Below, in pieces: positions 35,631-45,816 of a stretch of 55,414 nucleotides of DNA; positions within the stretch are counted from its first letter, which is position 1, and each line of letters starts with the position of its first letter. The notes under the pieces were generated by a model. That model did no database searches. It was not told where the DNA came from and saw nothing but the letters and a program-made list of their open reading frames with translations. Source of the stretch: a virus (taxonomy: Duplodnaviria; Caudoviricetes); IMG/VR virus record IMGVR_UViG_3300020733_000020, positions 1-55,414 of that record. The stretch is one strand, 5' to 3'. Made by a program: the position numbers and the translations under genes.

Positions 35631-37865
35631 ATGACATATTCTATTTCGTTCTCTGACTCAACTAATCCAGCAAAACCTCCTATAGTTGTTTCTGATTCTG
35701 CATTAAACAATCAAACTAGTTTGTCATTTGTTGGAGCAAATTATTCAGGATACGGTCCTGTTATTGCTACAGACTTTTTGCACTTATTAGAAAATTTTGC
35801 TAATTCATCAGCACCTATTAATCCTGTGCAAGGACAATTATGGTATGATACCTCTATTGGTGCTAACATTCTTCGTGTTTATAATGGAACACAATGGGTA
35901 GAAGCTGGTGCATTAAAGAAAGCTTCGGCATCTAATCAACCTAGTGTGTCAGCTAGTGTTGCAGGAGACTTATGGGTTGACACTACTAACAGTCAACTAT
36001 ATCTATTTTCAGGCGCACAATGGTTATTAGTTGGCCCTACATTTAGTTCAGGCCTACAAACTGGACCTATAATTGAATCAATAGTTGATACAAACAATGT
36101 CAGCCACTCGGTTATTTCAATGTATGTTGCTAGTAGTACAAATGCTACGTCGTATCGAATATCTATAATTAGTAAAGATTCTTTTACACCTAAAGTTACC
36201 ATTACTGGTTTTCAAACCATTAACGAAGGAATTAATTTAAGTTCAGTTGATTCCGTATTGTCATCAGACAATACTGTGCCTACTAGATTTTGGGGAACAG
36301 CAACTTCCGCAGATGCACTACTAGTTAACGGGTCAACAGTATCTGCAAATAATTTTTTACGAGGCGATGTGGCCAGTACAAGTACTAGTGCTTTAAATAT
36401 TAGAAATGCCGCTGGTTTAAGTATAGGTACTGATTTAAGTTTTAATATTGCACAAGGTACTACGGCATATACTATATTTTCTAAGAGCTCTACACAAAGT
36501 ATTGAATTTAATGTTAATAACAATACACTTGTTCATTTAGATGCCACAACTGGTAATATAGGATTAGGTAAAAATAATACAAATCCTACAACAGTATTAA
36601 GTGTAGCAGGTGTTATTACATCTGGTATTTCAGGTGCACCTGGTGGATTAATTATAACAGATGGTACAAATCCTAACCCTGTTTCAGTATTAAACATTAC
36701 TCCTACTGGGGGGATTACCACTACATTAGACACAGTATCGACTGGCAGTTTAACAATAGGCGGAACTATAACCGTTGGTTCAGGAACTAGTGGTGGATCA
36801 GTAATACTACCTGCAGGCAATGGAACAACCCCTCCTTTATTTGATATTGGATCAGAACAAAATCCTTTTAGAAATGTCTATGCAAATACATTTAGTGGCG
36901 CCTTCAATGGGTCATTTAATGGTACAATAACCGGTGATGCTACTGGTTCAGCTGCCTCATTAAAAAATCCTACTGTTTTTAGCATAACAGGAGATATGAT
37001 TACAACTGCAAGTGTTAATTTTACAGGTAATTCTGGACCAGCTACACTAAATGTAACAGCAACTTCTTCTTTAATTACTGGACCTTTAGACACTAACGGT
37101 ACACCAACTCGAACAGCGGCCACTGCCGCATCCGCAGCCGATCAATTATTGGTATTGCAAACACAAGGTACAACTTCAAACTTAGTTAGAATGACTAGAC
37201 AAACATTTTTGTCTGGCGTAGGTTTATATTCTATCCCAGTTGGTACTATTATGCCATTTGCAGGAGCGGCTACTGCTGTTCCAACAGGTTGGTTATTGTG
37301 TGATGGTAGTGAAGTTAGCACAGCAACTTACAATCAATTGTTCTTAGTCATTGGAAATATATACACTGTTGGCACTTTAAAAGGTAACAATACATTTGCC
37401 CTACCGGATATGAGAGGCCGCATGCCATTAGGTTTAACTAACATGAACAACTATGGCAATATTGCTAACTTTGTTCAAGCAACCGACTCTGCTGGACACA
37501 CAGTCTTTACCGGCGGACAGTCGGGTACAAGTAACACAATTACACTAGCGGCTAATCAAACACTTGCACAAACACTAGGTGCTACAGGTGGTACTGATGC
37601 ACAGGTATTAAATGTTAATCAGATCCCTCAACATTATCATTCTTTAAATGATGGTACTGCTCAATACTATGCTCCTGGGTTAAATGGCGGAATCACTGAT
37701 TCAAATAATACTGCCCAGGGATACAGTATTAGTAATACTGGTACAGGTTATGGTCTAAGACAAACAGCAGGTATGACTACAGGTGCTACGGGTGATAATG
37801 TTAATGTAATTAATCCGTTTATGGCATTAAATTATATAATCTTTACTGGACAAGGACTAAGTTAA
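35631..37865 (+). CDS. Tail fibre protein with a phage tail-collar domain
   Basis: N-terminal LLENFAN...P..P..GQLWYD; collar motif PVGTIMPFAG...PTGWLLCDG...LF..IG..Y...F.LPDMRGR; C-terminal NP..ALNYII. Confidence 0.8.
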   Translation: MTYSISFSDSTNPAKPPIVVSDSALNNQTSLSFVGANYSGYGPVIATDFLHLLENFANSSAPINPVQGQLWYDTSIGANILRVYNGTQWVEAGALKKASASNQPSVSASVAGDLWVDTTNSQLYLFSGAQWLLVGPTFSSGLQTGPIIESIVDTNNVSHSVISMYVASSTNATSYRISIISKDSFTPKVTITGFQTINEGINLSSVDSVLSSDNTVPTRFWGTATSADALLVNGSTVSANNFLRGDVASTSTSALNIRNAAGLSIGTDLSFNIAQGTTAYTIFSKSSTQSIEFNVNNNTLVHLDATTGNIGLGKNNTNPTTVLSVAGVITSGISGAPGGLIITDGTNPNPVSVLNITPTGGITTTLDTVSTGSLTIGGTITVGSGTSGGSVILPAGNGTTPPLFDIGSEQNPFRNVYANTFSGAFNGSFNGTITGDATGSAASLKNPTVFSITGDMITTASVNFTGNSGPATLNVTATSSLITGPLDTNGTPTRTAATAASAADQLLVLQTQGTTSNLVRMTRQTFLSGVGLYSIPVGTIMPFAGAATAVPTGWLLCDGSEVSTATYNQLFLVIGNIYTVGTLKGNNTFALPDMRGRMPLGLTNMNNYGNIANFVQATDSAGHTVFTGGQSGTSNTITLAANQTLAQTLGATGGTDAQVLNVNQIPQHYHSLNDGTAQYYAPGLNGGITDSNNTAQGYSISNTGTGYGLRQTAGMTTGATGDNVNVINPFMALNYIIFTGQGLS

Positions 37866-39208
37866 TGACATATTCAATTCTTTTAACTAACGGCAACACA
37901 TTAACTACTGTAGCTAATGGTGCTATTGATCAAACTACACTGGATTTGACTTTAATAGGACAAAATACTTCAGGTTATGGTGTTTTTATTAATGATAACT
38001 TTGTTCATTTATTAGAAAATTTTGCCAATACTAGTCAACCTAATCATCCGATCAAAGGACAGTTATGGTATGATACTAGTCAGAATTTATTGCAAGTATA
38101 CAATGGATCGTCATTTACTCCGACCGGTAATACCATTGTTTCACCAACAGCACCGAGCGGATTAACAACCGGTGGAATTTGGATCAATAGTAAGACAAGT
38201 CAACTATATTTCAATGACGGAACAGAAACGACTCTAGCAGGACCTATATATACAAAACAGCAAGGACAAAGTGGCCTAGTTGTAAGCACAATATTAGATG
38301 TTAATAATGTTAGTCATACTATTGTATCCTTGTATATTGCAAATACATTAATGGGTATATTTGCAAAAGAGTCATTTACACCTTTAAATGCTATAACAGG
38401 GTTCACAGATACAGTTTCAATTACAGCAAGTCAAACAGGTACAGTATTAAATGTTACCACCGCCTCTGCTACTACATTGGCTGTAGGACAAACTATTACA
38501 AGTAGCTCTGGAGTAGTTCTTCCTAATACAGTTATTACTAGCCTTACAGTAAACGGTGTAACAGCTAACGGAGGAGTTGGCAATTATCTAGTAAGTACCA
38601 GCACAACTATTGCTTCTACATCAATGACAGCAGTATATGGCACATTAAAAATTGGATTCAATGCCAGTACATACGGCGGAATAACATTTAATGTTCCAGT
38701 AAGTCAGGCAAATTATTTGCTAAGTCCTACAGACGGATCGCTTAAAAATGCCAACAGCTTTGTATCAACTCTTGGTATTTCATCAATTAACAGTAGCACA
38801 GGTACTTCAAATGCTCAACTGTCGATTTATGGATCAAATCCTTTAATTCTAGGAGCTGCCGGTTATACTTCTATTAATAATCCTTACGGAACATTTGAAA
38901 TCTTATCTAAAACAACTAATCAAGATTTCCAAATTAGTTCATCAAATACAAATCCGTCAACGCAAGTGCTTTATATAAATGGAACTACACTGTATGTCGG
39001 TATTGGCGGATATAATGCAAATAATTTACCGCAAGCAACTTTAGATGTAAACGGATCATTTAGGATTAGTACTAAAACTCCGGCATCAAGTACAGCCGCC
39101 GGCGTAACAGGACAAATTGCATGGGACTCAAGCTACGTATATGTATGCACCGCAGGCGGTACATCAGGCAACGCTACATGGAAACGTGCCGCAATCAGCA
39201 CTTGGTAA
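37865..39208 (+). CDS. Tail fibre-like structural protein (LLENFAN paralogue)
   Basis: Shares the LTLIG.N..GYG...N.NF..LLENFAN...P..GQLWYD N-terminus; C-terminal G..GQIAWDSSYVYVC......WKR motif. Confidence 0.7.
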   Translation: MTYSILLTNGNTLTTVANGAIDQTTLDLTLIGQNTSGYGVFINDNFVHLLENFANTSQPNHPIKGQLWYDTSQNLLQVYNGSSFTPTGNTIVSPTAPSGLTTGGIWINSKTSQLYFNDGTETTLAGPIYTKQQGQSGLVVSTILDVNNVSHTIVSLYIANTLMGIFAKESFTPLNAITGFTDTVSITASQTGTVLNVTTASATTLAVGQTITSSSGVVLPNTVITSLTVNGVTANGGVGNYLVSTSTTIASTSMTAVYGTLKIGFNASTYGGITFNVPVSQANYLLSPTDGSLKNANSFVSTLGISSINSSTGTSNAQLSIYGSNPLILGAAGYTSINNPYGTFEILSKTTNQDFQISSSNTNPSTQVLYINGTTLYVGIGGYNANNLPQATLDVNGSFRISTKTPASSTAAGVTGQIAWDSSYVYVCTAGGTSGNATWKRAAISTW

Positions 39209-39221
39209 CAGCCAAAAATAT

Positions 39222-39229
39222 GATAAATA
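39222..39229 (+). promoter_or_regulatory. Late promoter-like motif (GATAAATA)
   Basis: Intergenic TAAATA upstream of the AAGGA SD and the ATG at 39256. Confidence 0.55.
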
Positions 39230-39255
39230 CACTGAAATAAGGACGAGCGACAACC

Positions 39256-40770
39256 ATGTCATATACAATTAATCATTATAACGGGGTATTATTAACAACA
39301 GTTCAGGATGGAACCGTTGATACTAGTACTGATCTTACCCTAATTGGTAAAAATTATGCCGGATATGGCCAAGCACAAAACGATAACTTTGTTTGGCTAT
39401 TAGAAAACTTTGCAAATACAAGTGCTCCTGCTAATCCGTTAGCTGGACAGCTTTGGTATGACAGCGGTAATAAGAAATTAAAATTCTGGGACGGAACACA
39501 ATTCCGAAATACAGGTGGCGCCGCTAATAGTGCTACTGCTCCTACTGGTTTAACACAGGGTGATTTTTGGTTTAATACACAAAGCAATCAATTATATGCT
39601 TGGACAGGCAGTACATTTACATTAATTGGACCACAAGAAGTTACCGGTGCTGGAACTACACAGATGCAATCATCTAGTGTAATTGATACAAACAATACAA
39701 GTCATGCAATCATACAAGGTATTGTTAACGGACAGACAATATTTGTAATTGCTGGAAGTGATGCACCATTTGAACTTAATTCTACAACTAATCCAATTAC
39801 TGGATTTGATGTTATACAAGAAGGTGTTACACTAGCTTATACAAGCAACGGTTCACAATCCGGCCAAACGCAAAGTAGTCATAGATTTTGGGGAACTTCT
39901 ACTAACTCCGATAGACTAAATGGCCACAGCATTAGTGATTTTGTCCTAAATACAGGTACTCCTCAGTTTAGCTCATTAGTTAATTTTGGTGATGCCGGTT
40001 TTACTGTAGGTAGTCCAATTGCAAAACTAGCAGTATACAATAATAATCAAACAACTCCAACAATTCAAAACATTGCTGGATCACAAATTGCATTTGAAAC
40101 TTTAGTTTCAGGATCAACTAAGAATCCTTTAATTATTAACGGCAATGATGTGACTCCCGGTGCAAGTGGTACAAGTAATTTAGGAACAAGTTTATTACAG
40201 TGGGCAAACGTTTATGCTGGATATCATTGGGGTACTGCACAACAAGCAGATGCTCTTAATGTAAACAACGTTTATGTAACAGCAAGTACAAGTGCTGTAG
40301 CTGGAACTATTGCCGCTAGAGACGCCCAAAATACTATTTCGGCAGCTATATTCAATGGTGTTGCAACTCAAGCACAATACGCAGACTTGGCAGAAAAATA
40401 TCTTCCAGATCAAGAATATCCAGCTGGTACTATTGTAACAGTTGCTACTAATGGACAAAAATTACCTGACGGTAGAAATGCAGAAATACAAGCATGTGGC
40501 CCAGACTTCATGCCTATTGGAATAATCAGTACTAACCCTGCATATATGATGAACAAAGATCTTGTAGGTGGTGTATATGTTGCCCTTAAAGGTCGTGTTC
40601 CTACAAGAGTAAAAGGACCAACTAATATCGGAGATCCGATTATAGTATTTGCTGGAGGAGTTGGCATATCAAATCCTGGATCTTGGCAAGACATGACCCG
40701 CCCAGTCGCACTTGCATTAGAATCTATTGCAGATGATTCCATCCAGGTAATTGAGTGTGTATTATTATAA
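39256..40770 (+). CDS. Tail fibre-like protein (LLENFAN paralogue) with a C-terminal intramolecular chaperone/autocleavage-like domain
   Basis: Same N-terminus as its neighbours; C-terminal YADLAEKY...G.IST.PAY.MN...VAL.GRVP..V.G....GD.I pattern. Confidence 0.7.
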   Translation: MSYTINHYNGVLLTTVQDGTVDTSTDLTLIGKNYAGYGQAQNDNFVWLLENFANTSAPANPLAGQLWYDSGNKKLKFWDGTQFRNTGGAANSATAPTGLTQGDFWFNTQSNQLYAWTGSTFTLIGPQEVTGAGTTQMQSSSVIDTNNTSHAIIQGIVNGQTIFVIAGSDAPFELNSTTNPITGFDVIQEGVTLAYTSNGSQSGQTQSSHRFWGTSTNSDRLNGHSISDFVLNTGTPQFSSLVNFGDAGFTVGSPIAKLAVYNNNQTTPTIQNIAGSQIAFETLVSGSTKNPLIINGNDVTPGASGTSNLGTSLLQWANVYAGYHWGTAQQADALNVNNVYVTASTSAVAGTIAARDAQNTISAAIFNGVATQAQYADLAEKYLPDQEYPAGTIVTVATNGQKLPDGRNAEIQACGPDFMPIGIISTNPAYMMNKDLVGGVYVALKGRVPTRVKGPTNIGDPIIVFAGGVGISNPGSWQDMTRPVALALESIADDSIQVIECVLL

Positions 40771-40772
40771 AC

Positions 40773-40780
40773 AATAAATA
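40773..40780 (+). promoter_or_regulatory. Late promoter-like motif (AATAAATA)
   Basis: Intergenic TAAATA upstream of the AAGGT SD and the ATG at 40807. Confidence 0.5.
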
Positions 40781-40806
40781 TTCAACATTTAACAAAAGGT
40801 AATTAA

Positions 40807-41919
40807 ATGACAGGTGTAGGAACAAATATTGCGGCCAATGACTATAATATTATTCAAAATTTAATAGGAAATTTGCTGGCTAATGTCTACGGACAATCAG
40901 TACAAAGTGTACAAGTTGCAACGACGGGTACAATAACTGCACAGCAATGGCAAGCATTATTGACAGATATTACCGCAGTAAATTATCATCAATTAAATGC
41001 TGGTCCTACATATAACGGTCTGCCTTTAACTATACCATCGAATGGTTCTACTAATAGTATAATGATTGGCGGAATCACTTATACTAATGCTGTACCTGCT
41101 GTAAAAATTAAAGATCAAGATCGTGCTCAATATCTTGCAGTAGCAACTGCACTGACTAGTCAAACATCAACAACAGTTGGCGGAGTTACTTATCCCGGTT
41201 GTTATGCAATTAGTGGTAATGTTAATGAACAAACACAAATAGCTGCCGGTTCATTTCCTAACGGATCAAGCACTAGAGTAGGAAGTACTAATCCTTGGGG
41301 AAGTACTGCTGGCGGATCACAAGTAATAGCACTAGGGCAACAGCCTGCTGAGGAAGGTTATATTAACATGGTAGTTACTATGACTTTTCCTAGCGCCAAT
41401 GCCGCAAACTATTATTTTAATACAGGTGGTTCAATAGTTTTATCAGGAACTGCATCAGCTGGACAGACACTTGTAAATTCAACTAAAGATCAATCTTGGG
41501 CAGTATTGCTATCAAATATGGGCAATGTTGTTTTTAATTATTTTAATACAACAGGTGACTCAGCTGGCGGAACTGGATACGGATGGAGTTATTTTAGCGC
41601 CAATCCAAATATATCGCAGTTAATATATAGTATTAATACAACATCTCAATTGTATGCACCAAATAAACTTACAATTTACTGTGCATTAAATTCTGCTGGA
41701 ACAACCTTAACGTTTACAATGGCACTACAGGATCTTTCTACTGCGGCTACAAAAACAGCTTCAGGTGCCTCACCTGGAGATAGTACGCTCTACTCTATAG
41801 ATACCCCTGTCACTGCTACCATTACTGGAAATATTACTATTTGGTATGCATCAGGATCTTATGTAACAGCATCTCAATATTTGCCAAGTGCTGTCATTAC
41901 TACTCCTCTTACTGCATAA
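40807..41919 (+). CDS. Putative virion structural protein
   Basis: Thr/Gly-rich; paralogue of the next gene (GVG..I...YN.IQ; IT..QW.AL..DI; DRA.YLA.AT.LT; A..YFN.GG). Confidence 0.65.
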   Translation: MTGVGTNIAANDYNIIQNLIGNLLANVYGQSVQSVQVATTGTITAQQWQALLTDITAVNYHQLNAGPTYNGLPLTIPSNGSTNSIMIGGITYTNAVPAVKIKDQDRAQYLAVATALTSQTSTTVGGVTYPGCYAISGNVNEQTQIAAGSFPNGSSTRVGSTNPWGSTAGGSQVIALGQQPAEEGYINMVVTMTFPSANAANYYFNTGGSIVLSGTASAGQTLVNSTKDQSWAVLLSNMGNVVFNYFNTTGDSAGGTGYGWSYFSANPNISQLIYSINTTSQLYAPNKLTIYCALNSAGTTLTFTMALQDLSTAATKTASGASPGDSTLYSIDTPVTATITGNITIWYASGSYVTASQYLPSAVITTPLTA

Positions 41920-41938
41920 GTAACGTAAAGGAAATACA

Positions 41939-43132
41939 ATGACAACAGGTGTTGGTGGTCAAATACAAATTGCTGAATACAATGCTATACAAACACTTTT
42001 ATATAATGTGCTTTATGGTGTATTAGGACAAACTTTACAAACTCAAACAGTCAACGGCGGCAATGGCAGAGTAATTGCTCCAACAGGATCTCCATCTACT
42101 GGTGATCCTATTACTGTAGCTCAATGGAACGCTTTGCAAGCAGATATTAATACTCTTGCGAACCATACAGGCTCAGCTACTCCGGCATTGACTAGTATAA
42201 CAGCTTCTGTAGCTGTTAATGCTGGTAGTTTTATTCCTGGAAAAGTCTACACTATACTAACACTTGGTGCTAGCCCGGCCTTCACATCGGTTGGTGCAAG
42301 TCAAAATAAAGTAGGAATAACTTTTACAGCAACCGGTGCCGGTTCGGGTACTGGTACTGCACAACAAGCAGGTGTAAACATTACAGAATCTGATCGTGCC
42401 GCATATTTGGCAGCCGCTACTACACTTACACAACCCGGTGTTTATTACACAGTTGGTGCAGGCGAAACAATAAGTATTGCAACTGTTTATACTTCAACAT
42501 ATAGCGGTTTAGGTTATGGCAAAACATTAACGTTTACTGCAACAATGACTTTTAAAACTACGGCTAACGCTAGTACACCAAACGCTGCCGCTCAGTTTTT
42601 CTTTAATTCTGGTGGCTATGTAACGCTGAATACTACACTAGCAAGTCCAGTGTTTCCAAGTCCGGGATCTGGATACGCAGGTGACATTGGAACACTGGAT
42701 ACAGATTGGGGTAATCTTGTAACAAGAACAGGTGCGCTTAAACTTACTAGAACAGGCAATAGCTTAAATGGATCTGGAAATTATTCACTAGTAAATAGTG
42801 CTATAGGTTTTGCCAATCTTACATCGACACCTACAACACTGTTCACTAAAAATCTTGGGGACACACTTTATGTCCAAGGTTCTGCAGATACGTATGCAAT
42901 ATCTGCGTCATACAACAGTTCAACTGGTACATTAACATTTACTATGACATATAGTAATGCGTATTCAAGCACTGGTACTAATACTCCTCAACCATCTATA
43001 GGTTATCCACAAGCTCGAGTTTATCCAGTAACTGGCACATGGACCGGTACATGTACGGCATATTATCCTAGCAAATATGTTTCTGTTAGTGCATACTACC
43101 CCACTACTAGCGGTAGCTTCTCTAGTAACTAA
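41939..43132 (+). CDS. Putative virion structural protein (paralogue of 40807-41919)
   Basis: Shared motifs as above; AAGGA SD. Confidence 0.65.
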   Translation: MTTGVGGQIQIAEYNAIQTLLYNVLYGVLGQTLQTQTVNGGNGRVIAPTGSPSTGDPITVAQWNALQADINTLANHTGSATPALTSITASVAVNAGSFIPGKVYTILTLGASPAFTSVGASQNKVGITFTATGAGSGTGTAQQAGVNITESDRAAYLAAATTLTQPGVYYTVGAGETISIATVYTSTYSGLGYGKTLTFTATMTFKTTANASTPNAAAQFFFNSGGYVTLNTTLASPVFPSPGSGYAGDIGTLDTDWGNLVTRTGALKLTRTGNSLNGSGNYSLVNSAIGFANLTSTPTTLFTKNLGDTLYVQGSADTYAISASYNSSTGTLTFTMTYSNAYSSTGTNTPQPSIGYPQARVYPVTGTWTGTCTAYYPSKYVSVSAYYPTTSGSFSSN

Positions 43133-43155
43133 TCAATTTAATTTATCCTAAGCTC

Positions 43156-43183
43156 TTGACAAGGCTAACTACTATAGTGTAAT
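43156..43183 (+). promoter_or_regulatory. Possible sigma70 promoter for the glycosyltransferase cluster
   Basis: TTGACA (43156-43161), 16 nt, TGTAAT (43178-43183); overlapped by the inverted repeat TAGTGTA/TACACTA. Confidence 0.45.
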
Positions 43184-43205
43184 ATAGTACACTACGGAGT
43201 TTTTT

Positions 43206-43556
43206 ATGGATGAAAGAATTGAAAAAGCGTTTGCTGTAGCCAATTATGCCGCTACACTATCAAATCAACGCAGAATAATATCAGAAGAATACAATCAAAA
43301 ATTAGTATATTACACTAATGGTGCAACGTTTAAAGTTAGTCCAGAATTAATTGCCTTTATCAAAACTGTAATAGATCTCGGTCATACAGCCGATATTCCA
43401 TTTTTAGATGCAAATAATTTTCCTGTTGTTATTCCGGATGTACAAGAATTTTTAGATAATATTGTGTCTGTTTACTTTGAAGCATTGAACGAATATACAG
43501 TAAAGTATTCGGAAATTAAAAAGAAAAGAAAAATTGCAGATATAGTTGAACTATGA
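43206..43556 (+). CDS. Hypothetical protein
   Basis: 116-aa ORF with a GGAG SD, coupled to the next gene (ATGA). Confidence 0.75.
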   Translation: MDERIEKAFAVANYAATLSNQRRIISEEYNQKLVYYTNGATFKVSPELIAFIKTVIDLGHTADIPFLDANNFPVVIPDVQEFLDNIVSVYFEALNEYTVKYSEIKKKRKIADIVEL

Positions 43557-44401
43557 CAACAGGCGCACTTATAATTGCACAAAATAATAATTCTATTGAC
43601 TATGTTAAGTTGGCAGTTTTTGCGGCCAGTCGAGTTGATCAGTATTTACATATTCCAATAACACTGGTAACAGATAATAAAAGTTGGTTAGAAGAAAAAT
43701 ATCCCAATCATAAATTTTCATCTGTAATTGAACTAACTCCAAATAATGTAATACAAACTAGAAATTTTAATGACGGATCTGTATCATCGAGATTCCTCGA
43801 ATGGAAAAATTGGTCAAGAAGCCAAGTGTATGATTTAACACCCTATGATCGAACATTGGTTTTAGACAGTGATTATATTTTAAATTCTTCTTTGCTAAAA
43901 GTTGCACTTGACAATGATAACGATTTTCAAATTTATCGAAACAGTTTTGATTTAGCATTAGACAGAGATACTACACAATTTAGTAGAATAAGTTCTTATA
44001 GTGTTCCTTTTTATTGGGCCACAATTTTTATATTCAATAAAAATGCCATAACAGAAAGTTTTTTCTGTTTAGTAGAATACATCAAACAAAATTGGTCTTA
44101 TTTTAAAACTCTCTACAGCATAGTTTCAAATACTTATAGAAATGATTTTGCATTCAGTATTGCTATGCATATTATGAATGGAAAAACAAACGGAGACTTT
44201 GCTACTATGCTTCCTGGCAAAATGATCTATTGTAGTGACAAAGATTTTTTAATTGATGCCAAAGATGGTAAAATGAATTTTTTAGTACAAAAAAATAAAT
44301 TTTATGGAGAGTATACTGCTGTGAAAACACAAGGCATTGACATACATGTTATGAATAAATTTAGCCTAAGTCGATTCATAGATGGAGGTTCGGGTGTCTA
44401 A
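43553..44401 (+). CDS. Glycosyltransferase-like protein (GT-A fold, GT8-like)
   Basis: DYVKLA...A; YDLTPYDRTLVLDSD (DxD); RND.AFSIA; H.MNK. Confidence 0.65.
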   Translation: MTTGALIIAQNNNSIDYVKLAVFAASRVDQYLHIPITLVTDNKSWLEEKYPNHKFSSVIELTPNNVIQTRNFNDGSVSSRFLEWKNWSRSQVYDLTPYDRTLVLDSDYILNSSLLKVALDNDNDFQIYRNSFDLALDRDTTQFSRISSYSVPFYWATIFIFNKNAITESFFCLVEYIKQNWSYFKTLYSIVSNTYRNDFAFSIAMHIMNGKTNGDFATMLPGKMIYCSDKDFLIDAKDGKMNFLVQKNKFYGEYTAVKTQGIDIHVMNKFSLSRFIDGGSGV

Positions 44402-45233
44402 AGGATTTATATTATTTGCACAAAATACTAACAATGTAGATTATGTTACACAATCTTATGCTCTTGCTCTAAGTATTAAAGCTAGCCAGCATACTGTTAA
44501 CAATGTTTCTTTAGTTACGAATGATCCAGTGCCGGAAGAATATCAAAAAGTATTTGATCAGATAATTCCGATACCATGGTTTACAGAAGCGGGAACTAGT
44601 CCAATGGCTGCCGAGCATCGTTGGAAATTATATCATTGTACGCCTTATGATGAAACGATTGTACTGGACTCTGATATGTTGCTATTAGAAGATATAACTG
44701 AATGGTGGCATTATTGTAGAAATTATGATGTTAAATTCTGTTCTCAAATTAAAAATCATAAGTTAGAAACAGTTGTTGACACATTTCATAGAAAAGCATT
44801 TAAAGCAAATAATTTAACTAACCCATATTATGCATTACATTACTTTAAAAAGAATGACAATGCACTGGCATTTTATCGTGTATTAGAATTTGTATGTAAT
44901 AACTGGGAATGGTGTTATACTAAATTTGCTCCTGATTTTTATCAAAATTGGTTAAGCATGGACTTGGCTACAGCAATAGCGATTGAAATAACAGGCGAAT
45001 ACAATTATGCAGTTGATACATGTAGTCCCTTAGAATTTATACACATGAAAATTCCATTACAAGACTGGCCTGAAAGTTCAGATAGATGGCAAGATACTGT
45101 ACCATGGATATTAAATGACAAGGGCGAATTGATTGTGTCTAATATTAGGCAGTCTAAATTGTTTCACTATGTTGAAAAAGATTTTGTGAACAATCGAATA
45201 CTAACGCAATTGGAGAATTTAAATCATGACTAA
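44394..45233 (+). CDS. Glycosyltransferase-like protein (GT-A fold, GT8-like), paralogue of the upstream gene
   Basis: WKLYHCTPYDETIVLDSD (DxD); F.HMK; FHYVEK. The GTG at 44394, after GGAGG, is preferred over the ATG at 44382. Confidence 0.68.
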   Translation: MSKGFILFAQNTNNVDYVTQSYALALSIKASQHTVNNVSLVTNDPVPEEYQKVFDQIIPIPWFTEAGTSPMAAEHRWKLYHCTPYDETIVLDSDMLLLEDITEWWHYCRNYDVKFCSQIKNHKLETVVDTFHRKAFKANNLTNPYYALHYFKKNDNALAFYRVLEFVCNNWEWCYTKFAPDFYQNWLSMDLATAIAIEITGEYNYAVDTCSPLEFIHMKIPLQDWPESSDRWQDTVPWILNDKGELIVSNIRQSKLFHYVEKDFVNNRILTQLENLNHD

Positions 45234-45816
45234 TCCCTACATGACTCTCCCAGGACAAACTTATTGGGCTCACTACAATCGAGAGACTGGTATAATAAGA
45301 TGTGTATCAAACGAAGTTACAATGTTCGACGAAGGCAGTGCTGAAATTTCATATGAAGAATTTAGGCAATTTGTAACAGCTGAAAAGAAAATGCACGAGC
45401 ACATAATAGGATTTGCCAAAGGCACTGATGGTAAAACTAAAAAAACTATAATACCAATAGCAGATCAACTTTTTGGTTTTAGAAATCACATCTTTGAATG
45501 GATTAATGATCCTCCTGCTGATGATACAGAATTAGTAGTCACATGGAATGGTACGGAAAAAACTTGGAATTTTAAATTAAGCGATAGTGCTAAAACACGA
45601 ATTAAAAAAGAAGTTATGCACAAAACAATATTCTTTGTTATGCTTAAAAACGATTTTGATTTTTTAATTAGGAACATTATTTTTGATGTAAAAGATTTAG
45701 TAAAATTAGAAAGTATCACGGTGCCATTCGAAAGTAATATAGAATCAAAAATTGAAAAGATTTCAGTGGCAACACAAATACTATTTCACAACTATGGATT
45801 GATTATAAATGATTAA
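45226..45816 (+). CDS. Hypothetical protein in the glycosyltransferase operon
   Basis: 196-aa ORF with a GGAG SD, overlapping both neighbours. Confidence 0.7.
   Translation: MTNPYMTLPGQTYWAHYNRETGIIRCVSNEVTMFDEGSAEISYEEFRQFVTAEKKMHEHIIGFAKGTDGKTKKTIIPIADQLFGFRNHIFEWINDPPADDTELVVTWNGTEKTWNFKLSDSAKTRIKKEVMHKTIFFVMLKNDFDFLIRNIIFDVKDLVKLESITVPFESNIESKIEKISVATQILFHNYGLIIND

Noticed and set aside
8187-40742. Numerous 60-126 aa alternative-frame or antisense ORFs within structural genes
   Set aside because: They lie wholly inside long, motif-supported CDSs and arise from codon bias in Thr/Gly/Asn-rich genes; no RBS or motif support.
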